From: Candidatus Roizmanbacteria bacterium GW2011_GWA2_35_19
Lineage (GTDB): Bacteria; Patescibacteriota; Microgenomatia; UBA1406; GWC2-37-13
Direction: 5' to 3'
Length of the DNA: 64,000 nt
NCBI GenBank assembly: GCA_000990565.1
Contig: LBQC01000002.1
Coordinates: 6,182-70,181 of the forward strand
Position 1 is the stretch's first letter; the number at the start of each line of letters is the position of its first letter. This document shows positions 17,249-27,502 of this stretch, in pieces. Under the pieces are notes generated by a model, which was not told the DNA's origin, ran no database searches, and worked only from the letters and a program-made list of their open reading frames with translations. Position numbers and translations under genes: made by a program.

Positions 17249-18907
17249 ATGAAAATAAAAATTTTATTTTCTGTTTTTTTGCTTTTTTACATAGCAATAA
17301 TCGTCAGGTTGGTATACATCCAAGTCATATCAAGGGACTTTGTAGGGAGCGATCTATACTTAAAGACCAAACGACTGACGAGTGAAAGGGGGAAGATATT
17401 TGACTCTTCTCTTAACCCGTTAGTGCTAAATCAGAATAGCTACTTGTTATATCTTGAACCAAAAAAAATAACCGATAAATTAAAATTAATAAAATTTTTA
17501 TCAGAAAAACTTAAGATGGAAGAAGCTTCGCTTTCGTCCTACATTGACGAAAAAAAGGTTTACCAAGCGGTGGCTGGAGGGTTAGATGAAACGAAAAAAA
17601 AGGAAATTGAAGCCCTTAAACTAGAAGGGGTTAACTTTGAATATCAAATGAAGAGATACTATCCGGAAGCTTCTCTCTCTGCCCATTTATTAGGATTTGT
17701 AGGCAAAAATGAAAAAGGCGAAGACCTGGGTTATTTCGGTTTAGAAGGCTACTACGATAAAGATTTAGTAGGATTACCTGGATTTTTAGAATCTGAAAGG
17801 GACGCCTCGGGAAAACCTATTTTTATCGGTGCGCAAAAAAAAGTTGATCCTGAAAATGGAAGAGATTTAGTCTTAACAATTGATAAGTCAATCCAGGAAA
17901 TAGCAAAAAGGAAGTTAAAAGAAGGAATAGAAAATTATAAAGCTCGCCAAGGCTGTGTAATCATAGCCGACCCATACACAATGGCAATATTAGCCTTAAC
18001 TTGTTTACCTGACTATGATATCGATAAATATTTTGACTTCTCTGAAAACTATTTTAAAAACTCAGCAATTTCTGACGTAGTTGAGCCAGGATCTATTTTT
18101 AAACCATTGATTATGGCGGCTGCAATCAATGAAAAAAAAATTTCGCCTAATTCGGAGATGAATGAAGATGGAGCAGTCCGAGTAGGCGAATACTCGATTA
18201 AAACATGGAATGATAAGTATGAAGGGAGAGTTTCGATGACAAGAATCTTAGAAAAATCATCCAACGTGGGTATGGTTTGGGTTGGGGAAAAGCTAGGTCA
18301 AGATGAGCTTTATTCATATATGCAAAAATATGGATTTGGAGAGTTAACTGGTATTGATCTTCAAGGTGAATCTCCGACCTATTTAAAACCAAAAAATAAT
18401 TGGTATAAGATAGATTTTGCAACGGCAACATTCGGTCAAGGGATTGGAATTACACCAATTCAGATGATTCGAGCATTTGCGGCTGTAATTAATGGTGGAA
18501 ACTTAATGAAGCCCTATATTGTCGAAAAAATAAAATCTGCTGACAAAATTGATATAGTAAAGCCAAAAGTAGAGAGAAAAGTCGTATCAGGATTAACTTC
18601 TGAAATTATTAAAAAAATGTTAGTTTCAACTGTTGAAAACGCTGAGGCAAAGTGGGATCGGCCAAAAGGCTATAAAATAGGTGGGAAAACAGGTACCGCG
18701 CAAATTCCGATTGCAGGCATTTATGATCCCTCAAAGACAATTGCTTCATTTATTGGATTTGCACCTGCTTTGAGACCAAAATTTTTAACGTTGGTAATTC
18801 TTAAGGAGCCGGGGACTTCGCCATGGGGCTCAGAAACTGCTGCGCCATTATTTTTTGAAATAGCCAAAGAACTTATAGTTTATTATAATATAGTACCAGA
18901 ACAATGA
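17249..18907 (+). CDS. ftsI: Class B PBP (FtsI/PBP2 family)
   Basis: ERGKIFD, RYYP, EPGSIFK, SSN and KTGT motifs. Confidence 0.93.
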   Translation: MKIKILFSVFLLFYIAIIVRLVYIQVISRDFVGSDLYLKTKRLTSERGKIFDSSLNPLVLNQNSYLLYLEPKKITDKLKLIKFLSEKLKMEEASLSSYIDEKKVYQAVAGGLDETKKKEIEALKLEGVNFEYQMKRYYPEASLSAHLLGFVGKNEKGEDLGYFGLEGYYDKDLVGLPGFLESERDASGKPIFIGAQKKVDPENGRDLVLTIDKSIQEIAKRKLKEGIENYKARQGCVIIADPYTMAILALTCLPDYDIDKYFDFSENYFKNSAISDVVEPGSIFKPLIMAAAINEKKISPNSEMNEDGAVRVGEYSIKTWNDKYEGRVSMTRILEKSSNVGMVWVGEKLGQDELYSYMQKYGFGELTGIDLQGESPTYLKPKNNWYKIDFATATFGQGIGITPIQMIRAFAAVINGGNLMKPYIVEKIKSADKIDIVKPKVERKVVSGLTSEIIKKMLVSTVENAEAKWDRPKGYKIGGKTGTAQIPIAGIYDPSKTIASFIGFAPALRPKFLTLVILKEPGTSPWGSETAAPLFFEIAKELIVYYNIVPEQ

Positions 18908-19029
18908 GAATATAGAAGATGGGTTTTGAGGCGGGACAAGAAAACAGAAAAGGAAAGTGGTAATAATTATCTAATTTCTATAAGCCAGCTTCCTAACCCG
19001 TTTCCAAGCCCAATTTCAAACACAAATAT

Positions 19030-20208
19030 ATGACCATTCAAAAACTAAAAAACATATACCATTTGTTCCAAGCCATATTGGCTAATCTTTGGTATGGTTT
19101 TCCGAGCCGAAAAATTAAAGTGATAGGAATTACTGGTACCGATGGTAAGACAACAACGACACACTTAATTTATCATGTGTTAAAAAAAGCCGGATTCAGA
19201 ATTTCGATGATTTCAACTGTTTTAGCCCGTGTGGCCGGTCAAGAATATGAAACGGGCCTTCATACGACTACTTCTTCTTCGTTTTTAATTCAAAAAATGC
19301 TAAAAAAAGCCGTTTTGAATAATGATGAATATTTTATTTTGGAAACTACATCTCATGGACTTGATCAAAATCGGGTATGGGGAATAAGTTTTTATATTGG
19401 CCTGATTACGAATATCACTCATGAGCATTTGGATTACCATAAAAACTATGAAGAATACTTATTAGTAAAAATGAAGCTATTGAAAATGTCAAAGATTTCT
19501 ATAGTGAATAAAGATGACCAATCGTATAAACATATCAAAAATCAATCCGCCAGCTGGCGGACAAATCTCAAATCTACAACTCAAAACTTAAAAACCATAG
19601 ATAAAATCACAAAATTAACCAAGTTTAATAAATATAATTATTCGGCTGCATATACAGTGTGTAAAACAATTGGAATATCTGATAAAAAAATAAAATCCGC
19701 GCTAAAAACTTTCATATTACCGAAGGGGCGGTTAGAAATAGTTTATGATAAAAAATTTAAAGTAATTATAGACTTTGCCCATACTCCCAATGCATTTGAA
19801 AACTTATTATCAGAAATTAAGGGTCCGCTTTTGAAAAATAAGGGAAAATTGATTCACGTTTTCGGATCGGCCGGGCTACGGGACAAAAGTAAAAGACCGC
19901 TAATGGGAAAAGCTTCAAGCCGATACAGCGACTATATTATCTTGACAGAAGAGGATTATAGAACAGAAAAGCCAGGAGATATTTTTAAAGGTATTATTTC
20001 AGGGATGGCCAGTTTTTCAAACTTTGAAACACTAGTTGATAGGCAGAACGCTATAAATAGAGCCATTTCATTAGCGAAAGAAGATGATGTGGTAGTGCTA
20101 ACAGGAAAAGGTCATGAAAAAAGTTTATGTCGTGGTGAAAGAGAATATCCCTGGAGCGAGCATGAAGCAGTAATAATAGCCATAAAAATTCTAAATACTA
20201 AATTCTAA
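19030..20208 (+). CDS. murE: MurE-family amino acid ligase lacking the usual N-terminal domain
   Basis: GITGTDGKTTT, ETTSHGLDQ, DFAHTP, RDKSKRPLMG and GKGHE motifs. Confidence 0.88.
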   Translation: MTIQKLKNIYHLFQAILANLWYGFPSRKIKVIGITGTDGKTTTTHLIYHVLKKAGFRISMISTVLARVAGQEYETGLHTTTSSSFLIQKMLKKAVLNNDEYFILETTSHGLDQNRVWGISFYIGLITNITHEHLDYHKNYEEYLLVKMKLLKMSKISIVNKDDQSYKHIKNQSASWRTNLKSTTQNLKTIDKITKLTKFNKYNYSAAYTVCKTIGISDKKIKSALKTFILPKGRLEIVYDKKFKVIIDFAHTPNAFENLLSEIKGPLLKNKGKLIHVFGSAGLRDKSKRPLMGKASSRYSDYIILTEEDYRTEKPGDIFKGIISGMASFSNFETLVDRQNAINRAISLAKEDDVVVLTGKGHEKSLCRGEREYPWSEHEAVIIAIKILNTKF

Positions 20209-20300
20209 GACCCAAACAATTTTTAAATTTTAAATACTAAACAGTTTAGTATTTAGAGCTTAGTATTTATTTGGTTATTAGTATTTAGAATTTAGGATTT
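20186..20300. repeat. 115-bp 7-nt-periodic palindromic element, copy 1
   Basis: aaattctaaatactaaattctaag...gtatttagaatttaggattt; close copies at 23364-23478 and 34708-34828. Confidence 0.85.
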
Positions 20301-20306
20301 AAAAAA

Positions 20307-21047
20307 ATGATTACCTACGATTCCAATCTAAAAATCTTTTACTCATCTTTAATAAACGATGAAGGATATTTTTCCGGTTTTTCAACCCGGGAATTACAAG
20401 ATGGTAGAAAAATTGAAAACATACTCAATTTTTTTCATTCAAATGGCATAAATTTCAAAAAATTAGTTTTTTTGGAACAGATCCATTCAACAAATATTTC
20501 AATATACAGTTCTAAAACTTCTGATAACGTTGAAAAAATTGTCGAAACAGACGGAGTTATTACATCTGAAAAAAATATTATATTGACGGCTCGGACTGGC
20601 GACTGCTGCCCGTTAGTATTTGTAGATAAGAATAATGGTGTAATTGGAGTTTCACACCAGGGGTGGAGAGGGTCTGTCAAAAGAATGGCTCAGAAAATGG
20701 TTGGCAAAATGATCGGATGTGGAGCAAAAGAGGAATCAATAAAAGTAGCCATAGGCCCGACTATTGGAGAATGCTGTTACGATATAGACGAAGATAGGTA
20801 CTATGAATTCTTGGAAGAATTCGACGGATATTCAAAAAAAATATTTCATCATCGAGGCGGCAAAATACATCTAAATTTAACATTATTAAATTATTTACTT
20901 TTATTAGAGAGTGGGATTTCAAAAAAGAACATTGATTATTTTCCCTTTTGTACAAAATGTGACAAGGCTAGATTCTTTTCCTTCAGAAGGACTAATAAAA
21001 AGGAAAATTTTGGCGAAATGTTCAGTTTTGTCATAAAAAGTGTATAA
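20307..21047 (+). CDS. pgeF: Peptidoglycan editing factor / YfiH-family protein
   Basis: QIHS, DGVIT, TGDCCP, HQGWRG, IGPTIGECCY and FFSFRR motifs. Confidence 0.92.
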   Translation: MITYDSNLKIFYSSLINDEGYFSGFSTRELQDGRKIENILNFFHSNGINFKKLVFLEQIHSTNISIYSSKTSDNVEKIVETDGVITSEKNIILTARTGDCCPLVFVDKNNGVIGVSHQGWRGSVKRMAQKMVGKMIGCGAKEESIKVAIGPTIGECCYDIDEDRYYEFLEEFDGYSKKIFHHRGGKIHLNLTLLNYLLLLESGISKKNIDYFPFCTKCDKARFFSFRRTNKKENFGEMFSFVIKSV

Positions 21048-21058
21048 TAAGTCATTAA

Positions 21059-23350
21059 ATGCTAGACGGAATAAAACATATATTTTTCGTAGGTATTAAA
21101 GGGGTGGCGATGGCGAATCTAGCAGTGTTTCTTAAAAAGGCTGGAAAAATAGTAACAGGCTCGGATATCGACGAAGAATTCATCACCGATCGACTTTTAA
21201 AAAAAAATAAAATAAATTGGAGTAAAGACTTCAGTCTAAAAAATCTACCAAAAGAGATTGATTTGATCGTATATTCAGCTGCAAACAAAGGGCTACAAAA
21301 CAGCCAGCTAATCGAAGGAAAGAAAAGAGGGTATAAATTGATCTCACAAGCGGAACTACTCGGACTTATAATGAAGGAATTTGAGCTTAGAATCGCAATC
21401 TCAGGATGTCATGGAAAAACCACAACCTCAAGTCTTTTGGCCTATACGTTGAATAAACTCGGTGCTTATCCGAGCTATATTGTTGGGGTACCATTTTTTA
21501 CCGATTATCAAGGTGGCGACTTTCAAAAGGGTAAATATTTTGTAGTTGAAGCTGATGAATATGGGATTAATCCACCTTATGATCTAACTCCAAAATTTCA
21601 TAAACTTGATCCTGACTATATCATCTGTACAAATATTGACTTTGATCATCCAGACGTTTACAAAAATTTGAATGAGACAAAACAAGCCTTTTTGAAATTC
21701 TTTGACAATAAAAAGCTATTTTTAGACATTGATAATAAAAACATAAAAGAAATTTATCATAAACTCAATAAAAAAAACGTTACCACTTACGGATTTTCTT
21801 TGAATGCAGAATTTCAAATAATTAACCCTATTATAGATAGCGAAGGCTCATCATTTGAGATAAGCGGAATCGGTAAATTCAAAATATCACTTTATGGAAA
21901 AATGAATGTAAGTAACGCAGCTTCAGTGATAGTTGTTTTACATAAAATGGGATATAAATCAAAAGAAATTCAAAAAGCGATTTCACAGTTTAAAGGGTCT
22001 GAGCGTAGATTTGAACAAAAATATCAAGAAAGCGATACCTACCTTTTTGACGACTATGCCCATCATCCGACTGAAATTGAGGCAACAATTGAAGCCGCCC
22101 GGGAGCGCTTTAAAGGTAGAAGGATTTTGGTTATATTCCAACCTCATACTTTTTCAAGAACTAAATTTCTATTAAAAGAATTTTCGGAAACACTGTCAAA
22201 AGCAGATTATACTTTTCTACTTCCAATATTCTCCTCATCCCGGGAAAATAGAGGAGATTTTAAAATAACAACTGACGATATAATAAATATTTCTTCAAAA
22301 AAAAATTTACTACGTTTTCACAACGTTTTCGAATTACTTTCAAAACTACAAAAAGTTTTGAAAAAAGGAGATATAATCTTTACTATGGGTGCCGGTAGCG
22401 TATATAAATTAAAAGATGTGATTGCTCGGATTATCAAGCATGGAAAATGGAATATAAAGGAAGAAGTAGATCTTTATCATTATTTGACTTTAAGAACTCA
22501 CGTAATTGCAGAATATTTTATAGACGCGGAAACTAGGGAAGACATTGTCTCTGCAAAAAAATTCTCGATCGAAAAAAAACTCCCCATATTTTTATTTGGG
22601 GGAGGATCAAACGTCGCAATAACGAGAAAAAAAATTTATGGATTAGTAATAAAAAATAGTTATATTAAGAAAACAGTCGTTGCTGAAACGAATGAATACG
22701 TTGATATTAATGTATCCTCTGGCTATCCTGTGTCATTACTTATCAATAAGACTATTGATCGTGGGTTATCAGGATTTGAATATCACAAAGGGCTACCTGG
22801 TACCGTAGGAGGGGCGGTTGCGATGAATTCAAAATGGACAAGACCTATTACTTATTTTTCAGACAACTTAATATACGCGTATCTTGTAGACAATAAGGGT
22901 AGGGTAAAAAAAGTGACTAGAAAATATTTTAAGTTTGCATATGATTATTCAATTCTTAAGGACACAAGAGAGTTTGTACTTGAAGCGGTATTTCGTATGA
23001 AAAAAGAAGATCCAGAAGTTTTAAAAAAGCGAGCAGAAGTTGCACTAAACTATCGAAAACAAACCCAACCTCACGGAATTTCATCATCAGGCTGTTTTTT
23101 CAAAAACATCTCAATAGAAGAAAAGTTGAAACTTGATGTACCAACTACCTCAGCTGGTTATTTAATCGATAAGGCAGGTATGAAAGGATACACAGTTGGC
23201 GACTTTTATGTTTCAAAACTCCATGCTAACTTTATTATTAATAAAGGTCAGGGAAAAAGAGAAGAGCTGCTCAAAATAATATCTGATATTAAGGAAAGAG
23301 TTAAGCTAAAATTTGGAATAGAGTTGGAAGAAGAAGTAGTCGTCGTTTAA
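21059..23350 (+). CDS. murC: Fused MurC-MurB (UDP-MurNAc-L-Ala ligase plus UDP-GlcNAc-enolpyruvate reductase)
   Basis: MurC motifs GIKGVAM, GCHGKTTT, EADEY and DDYAHHPTEI are followed in frame by MurB motifs GGGSN, LPGTVGGAVAMN, SGCFFKN and HANF. Confidence 0.93.
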   Translation: MLDGIKHIFFVGIKGVAMANLAVFLKKAGKIVTGSDIDEEFITDRLLKKNKINWSKDFSLKNLPKEIDLIVYSAANKGLQNSQLIEGKKRGYKLISQAELLGLIMKEFELRIAISGCHGKTTTSSLLAYTLNKLGAYPSYIVGVPFFTDYQGGDFQKGKYFVVEADEYGINPPYDLTPKFHKLDPDYIICTNIDFDHPDVYKNLNETKQAFLKFFDNKKLFLDIDNKNIKEIYHKLNKKNVTTYGFSLNAEFQIINPIIDSEGSSFEISGIGKFKISLYGKMNVSNAASVIVVLHKMGYKSKEIQKAISQFKGSERRFEQKYQESDTYLFDDYAHHPTEIEATIEAARERFKGRRILVIFQPHTFSRTKFLLKEFSETLSKADYTFLLPIFSSSRENRGDFKITTDDIINISSKKNLLRFHNVFELLSKLQKVLKKGDIIFTMGAGSVYKLKDVIARIIKHGKWNIKEEVDLYHYLTLRTHVIAEYFIDAETREDIVSAKKFSIEKKLPIFLFGGGSNVAITRKKIYGLVIKNSYIKKTVVAETNEYVDINVSSGYPVSLLINKTIDRGLSGFEYHKGLPGTVGGAVAMNSKWTRPITYFSDNLIYAYLVDNKGRVKKVTRKYFKFAYDYSILKDTREFVLEAVFRMKKEDPEVLKKRAEVALNYRKQTQPHGISSSGCFFKNISIEEKLKLDVPTTSAGYLIDKAGMKGYTVGDFYVSKLHANFIINKGQGKREELLKIISDIKERVKLKFGIELEEEVVVV

Positions 23351-23363
23351 ATAGGCATTCACA

Positions 23364-23478
23364 AAATTCTAAATACTAAATCCTAAGATCCAAATAAATT
23401 CTAAATCGTAAACACTAAACTGTTTAGTATTTAGTGCTTAGTTATTATTTGGTTATTAATATTTAGAATTTAAGATTT
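23364..23478. repeat. 115-bp 7-nt-periodic palindromic element, copy 2
   Basis: Aligns without gaps to 20186-20300, with about 14 mismatches by eye. Confidence 0.85.
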
Positions 23479-23484
23479 TATAAT

Positions 23485-24810
23485 ATGGCTGATTCATATT
23501 TAATCAAGGGTGGCAAACCTTTAAAGGGAGAAGTAATTTTGTCAGGGGCAAAGAATGTAGCGCTGAAGACTATTATTGCGTCTCTCATGTTCAAAACGCC
23601 TGTAGTACTTGATAATATTCCACGGATTAACGACGTATTGGATTTGATTGAGCTAATTAAATCTCTTGGTGCAAAAGCAGAATTTGAAAGCAAAAATCGA
23701 CTTATTGTCGATGGGTCGACTCTTCATAATAATAAAGTCGATTTAGTATATGGATCAAAAATTAGAGTCTCATTCATGCTTTTTGCCCCTTTGCTTTACC
23801 ATTTTAAAGAATGCTATGTTCCAAATCCAGGAGGTTGCCGTATAGGAGCTCGTCCAATTGACAGAATAATCGATGGAATGAAAGCTTTAGGGATTGAAGT
23901 TGATTACGATTCTGAATCTGGCTATTATCACGCGAAGCTTCAGAGGTCCCCTTCTGGCAATTTTATGTTTAATAAGCCGACTCACACAGGTACGGAATTA
24001 CTAATGCTTATTTCACTAATGACTCAATCAAGTGTTGAAATAGAAAACGTAGCCACTGAGCCAGAAATTGATGACTTAATTAAATTTCTTAATTCATCTG
24101 GTGCACTGATCACAAAAAATGACAACTTATTAAAAGTAAATAAGAATAACGGTTTAAAGCAATTATTACCTTATTCGATAATGCCTGATCGGAATGAGTT
24201 TGTGACTTATGCGACTTTGGCAGTTGCCTCAGGTGGTGATGTCACCATAAAGAAAATAGATAAGACACTAGTTTACTCGTTTATTGAAATTATCAAAAAA
24301 ACCGGGGCAGGCGTTGAGGAAAAGGAAAACGGAGTATTTCGTTTTTTTTATCAAGGAGAACTTAAATCAATCGATATCGAAACACTTCCTCATCCTGGAT
24401 TTATGACCGATTGGCAGCCAAGCTGGGCGATATTAATGCTTAAAACCAAAGGCTCAGCGATCATTCATGAAAGGGTTTTTGAAAATAGATTTTCATATGT
24501 CGAAGAATTAAAAAAGTTGGGGGCGAATATTGACTTTATTGATTTAAAGGTCAGTGAGCCACATATTTTTTATCATTTTAATCACGAAAAAGATAAAAGT
24601 TATCAGCAAATCATTAGGATTAAAGGTCAGCAAGAATTACATAATGCCATTTTAAAAATATCAGATTTAAGAGCGGGGGCAGCATTAGCCTGCGCAGCAC
24701 TGCTTTCACCTGGCGAAACCGTCGTCAATGGCGCTTCAATTCTTGAACGGGGATACGAAGATTTTGTTGAAAAAATTCTAAAACTTGGCGGCAATATCAA
24801 AAAGATTTAA
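23485..24810 (+). CDS. murA: UDP-GlcNAc 1-carboxyvinyltransferase
   Basis: SGAKN, PGGCRIGARP, PGFMTDWQ, FENRF and DLRAGAAL motifs. Confidence 0.96.
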   Translation: MADSYLIKGGKPLKGEVILSGAKNVALKTIIASLMFKTPVVLDNIPRINDVLDLIELIKSLGAKAEFESKNRLIVDGSTLHNNKVDLVYGSKIRVSFMLFAPLLYHFKECYVPNPGGCRIGARPIDRIIDGMKALGIEVDYDSESGYYHAKLQRSPSGNFMFNKPTHTGTELLMLISLMTQSSVEIENVATEPEIDDLIKFLNSSGALITKNDNLLKVNKNNGLKQLLPYSIMPDRNEFVTYATLAVASGGDVTIKKIDKTLVYSFIEIIKKTGAGVEEKENGVFRFFYQGELKSIDIETLPHPGFMTDWQPSWAILMLKTKGSAIIHERVFENRFSYVEELKKLGANIDFIDLKVSEPHIFYHFNHEKDKSYQQIIRIKGQQELHNAILKISDLRAGAALACAALLSPGETVVNGASILERGYEDFVEKILKLGGNIKKI

Positions 24811-24886
24811 CTTCATACAAATATTATCAGTGTAATGTTACACTGGAAAAAGGGCAGAGAAGCAGGGTTTGTGTTAAAATACAACT

Positions 24887-26161
24887 ATGAGAAGGATAAA
24901 AAATGCTTTAATTTTGGCCGGCGGTGACTCTACGCGTTTCTGGCCACTTTCTGAGAAGTCTTTTTTCACTTTCTTAGGCAAACCATTGATAATGTATCAA
25001 ATCGAAGAGTTAGCCAAATATGCTGCTAACTTGACAATTATTGCCAATAAGAATAATGCGGTTGCGATTAAAAGATTAATTGATAATTCAAATATTGGAT
25101 TAACCGCTCAAGTTATTATTCAAAAAGACACTTTGACCGGACAAGCGGGAGCAATATATACACTGAAAAGTCTTATAAAAGGAGAAATAATTATTGTTAA
25201 TGCAAACGATGTAATCGATTACTCGATAATTAAAAAAATTGCAGGGACTGCAATATCAAAAAACAAAATGGTCTTCGTCGGTAAAAAGAAAAATGAATAC
25301 TTTCCTGGTGGGTACCTAAGGTTTGCTAAAAATAAAGAGCTGGTCGAGATTGTAGAAAAACCAAAAAAGGAAAATATTCCCTCTAATTATGTAAAACTGA
25401 TGGCCGATTATTACTCAGATTTTGGGGAATTAATTAAAGCCTTGGAACAGACAACTGCTGTAAATGATGACCATTATGAACAAGCAATTAATTATCTGTT
25501 AAGTACAGAAATTAAGCGGGACTATATTATTTACGAGGGTTATTGGCGAAGTCTCAAATACCCATGGCATGTACTTACAATGATGGGGACTCAGCTTGAA
25601 AGTATTAAAGAAGCTAAGATTTCTAAAGTAGCCGAGATCGCAAAAAGTGCAATTATTACAGGACCGGTCGTAATTGAAGATGGCGTAAGAATAGGCGATC
25701 ATGCGAAAATAGCCGGACCTACCTTTATCGGTAAAGGGTCTGTAATAAGCGATTTTTGCTTAGTGAGAAACAGCGAGATAGGCGAAGATTGCCTGATTGG
25801 GTCATACACTGAAGTCGCGCGAAGCTATATTGGAAATAAGGTTTTTTTACACAGAAACTATATAGGGGATTCAGTCCTTGACGACGGAGTAATGTTTGGA
25901 GCTCAGGCAGTGACTGCTAATTTACGCTTTGATGGTCAATCAGTGACATCTTTAATAGGTGACGAAAAGGTTAACACCGATTTGGTAAAAATGGGTTCGA
26001 TTGTTGGAAAAAACTCAAAAATTGGCGTCAACTCAACACTAACTCCTGGTGTTAAGGTAGGGGTTAATTGCTTGATTATGTCACGTGAGATTGCTCGCTT
26101 TGATTTAGAAGATAACACTTATTTAATTGGAGGGGAAGAAAGAGAGAATACTAACAAATGA
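24887..26161 (+). CDS. glmU: Bifunctional sugar-1-phosphate nucleotidyltransferase/acetyltransferase (archaeal GlmU-like)
   Basis: LILAGGDSTRFWPL and EKP motifs, hexapeptide repeats, YIGDSV and TANLRFD. Confidence 0.8.
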   Translation: MRRIKNALILAGGDSTRFWPLSEKSFFTFLGKPLIMYQIEELAKYAANLTIIANKNNAVAIKRLIDNSNIGLTAQVIIQKDTLTGQAGAIYTLKSLIKGEIIIVNANDVIDYSIIKKIAGTAISKNKMVFVGKKKNEYFPGGYLRFAKNKELVEIVEKPKKENIPSNYVKLMADYYSDFGELIKALEQTTAVNDDHYEQAINYLLSTEIKRDYIIYEGYWRSLKYPWHVLTMMGTQLESIKEAKISKVAEIAKSAIITGPVVIEDGVRIGDHAKIAGPTFIGKGSVISDFCLVRNSEIGEDCLIGSYTEVARSYIGNKVFLHRNYIGDSVLDDGVMFGAQAVTANLRFDGQSVTSLIGDEKVNTDLVKMGSIVGKNSKIGVNSTLTPGVKVGVNCLIMSREIARFDLEDNTYLIGGEERENTNK

Positions 26162-27126
26162 AAAAAATTACTGTAATCGGTGGCGGAACCGGCGCTTATG
26201 TGGTTTTGTCAGGACTTAAGGATTTAAACGAAAATCTATCGGTCGTTGTTTCGATGATGGATTCGGGTGGATCAACCGGTCGACTTCGTGACCAGTTAGG
26301 AATCCTGCCTCCTGGTGATTTGCGTCAGTGTCTTGTAGCACTTTCTGATGCACCTGTTTTATGGAGAAAACTTTTTTTATATCGATTTGAGAAGGGCGAC
26401 TTAGAAGGACATAATTTTGGAAATTTGTTTTTAGCTGCTCTTGAAAAAGTAAGCGCTACATATGATCAAGCTCTTGATACTGCCTCTTATGTCCTTAAAA
26501 CCAAAGGAAAAGTTATCCCGGTGACTTTAGATAAACTCCATCTTTCAGCCGAGTATGAAAATGGAAAAATAGTCAACGGAGAAGGACTAATTGACGAGAA
26601 TCATGCTGAACGATCAAAAATCAAAAAAGCCTATTTAAGTCCCGAAGGAACTGCAAACATAAATGCTATTCACGCAATAGAATCTACTGAATATCTTGTA
26701 ATTGGTCCCGGAGATTTATATACGAGTATAATCCCAGTCCTTCTAGTTAAAGGAATTCGTGAGGCGATACTAAAAACTAATCTAAAAATCATCTATATAC
26801 TTAATTTGATGACAAAAAACGGACAGACTACAAATTATAAAGCTTCAGATCATCTCATAGATCTTAAAAAATATTTAGGAAGAGCTCCCGACTTTGTTCT
26901 CATTAATAATGGGGAGATAGATGAAGAGATTAAGGCATGGTACAAGAAAAATAATGAAGTCCAGGTAGAAAACGACTTGACAAAGAAAGCATTTACAGTG
27001 ATATCAAGCGACTTAGTCGATAATGATAAAATTGAGAAAAGTAAATCAGATATTTTATACCGAAGTATATTAAGGCATGATTCAAAAAAAATTACGGAAG
27101 TTCTAAAAAAAATATTTTATGCTTAA
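26158..27126 (+). CDS. YvcK/GlmR (CofD-like) gluconeogenesis factor
   Basis: IGGGTG, DSGGSTGRLRD, PPGDLRQCL and GPGDLYTSIIP motifs. Confidence 0.92.
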   Translation: MKKITVIGGGTGAYVVLSGLKDLNENLSVVVSMMDSGGSTGRLRDQLGILPPGDLRQCLVALSDAPVLWRKLFLYRFEKGDLEGHNFGNLFLAALEKVSATYDQALDTASYVLKTKGKVIPVTLDKLHLSAEYENGKIVNGEGLIDENHAERSKIKKAYLSPEGTANINAIHAIESTEYLVIGPGDLYTSIIPVLLVKGIREAILKTNLKIIYILNLMTKNGQTTNYKASDHLIDLKKYLGRAPDFVLINNGEIDEEIKAWYKKNNEVQVENDLTKKAFTVISSDLVDNDKIEKSKSDILYRSILRHDSKKITEVLKKIFYA

Positions 27127-27481
27127 GCGTCATACAATTTCTTTTAAACATGCTTTAAACGGATTATTATGGTCACTCAAGACTCAGCCTAATTATAGAA
27201 TTCATATTTTTTTATCAATTTTGTCAATTGTTGGAGGATTTGTTTATAAAATTTCTTATTACGAATTTTTATTTATAATTTTTTTGATCACGGTGGGACT
27301 TGTAATTGAGACAATCAATACTGGCCTTGAAGAGACGACGGATGCAATCGATACAAAAATACGGGAAGATATAAAAATTGCAAAGGATGTAGCGGCTGCC
27401 GCAATGCTCATTTATGCGCTTGGAGCTTTAACAATCGCGTCAATCATTTTTATACCGAAAATATTTATTAATTTTTATTAA
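27119..27481 (+). CDS. dgkA: Diacylglycerol/undecaprenol kinase
   Basis: SFKHALNG, ETINTGLEETTD and AKDVAAAA motifs. Confidence 0.92.
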   Translation: MLKRHTISFKHALNGLLWSLKTQPNYRIHIFLSILSIVGGFVYKISYYEFLFIIFLITVGLVIETINTGLEETTDAIDTKIREDIKIAKDVAAAAMLIYALGALTIASIIFIPKIFINFY

Positions 27482-27502
27482 CTAACTACTAGTAGTTGAA
27501 TT

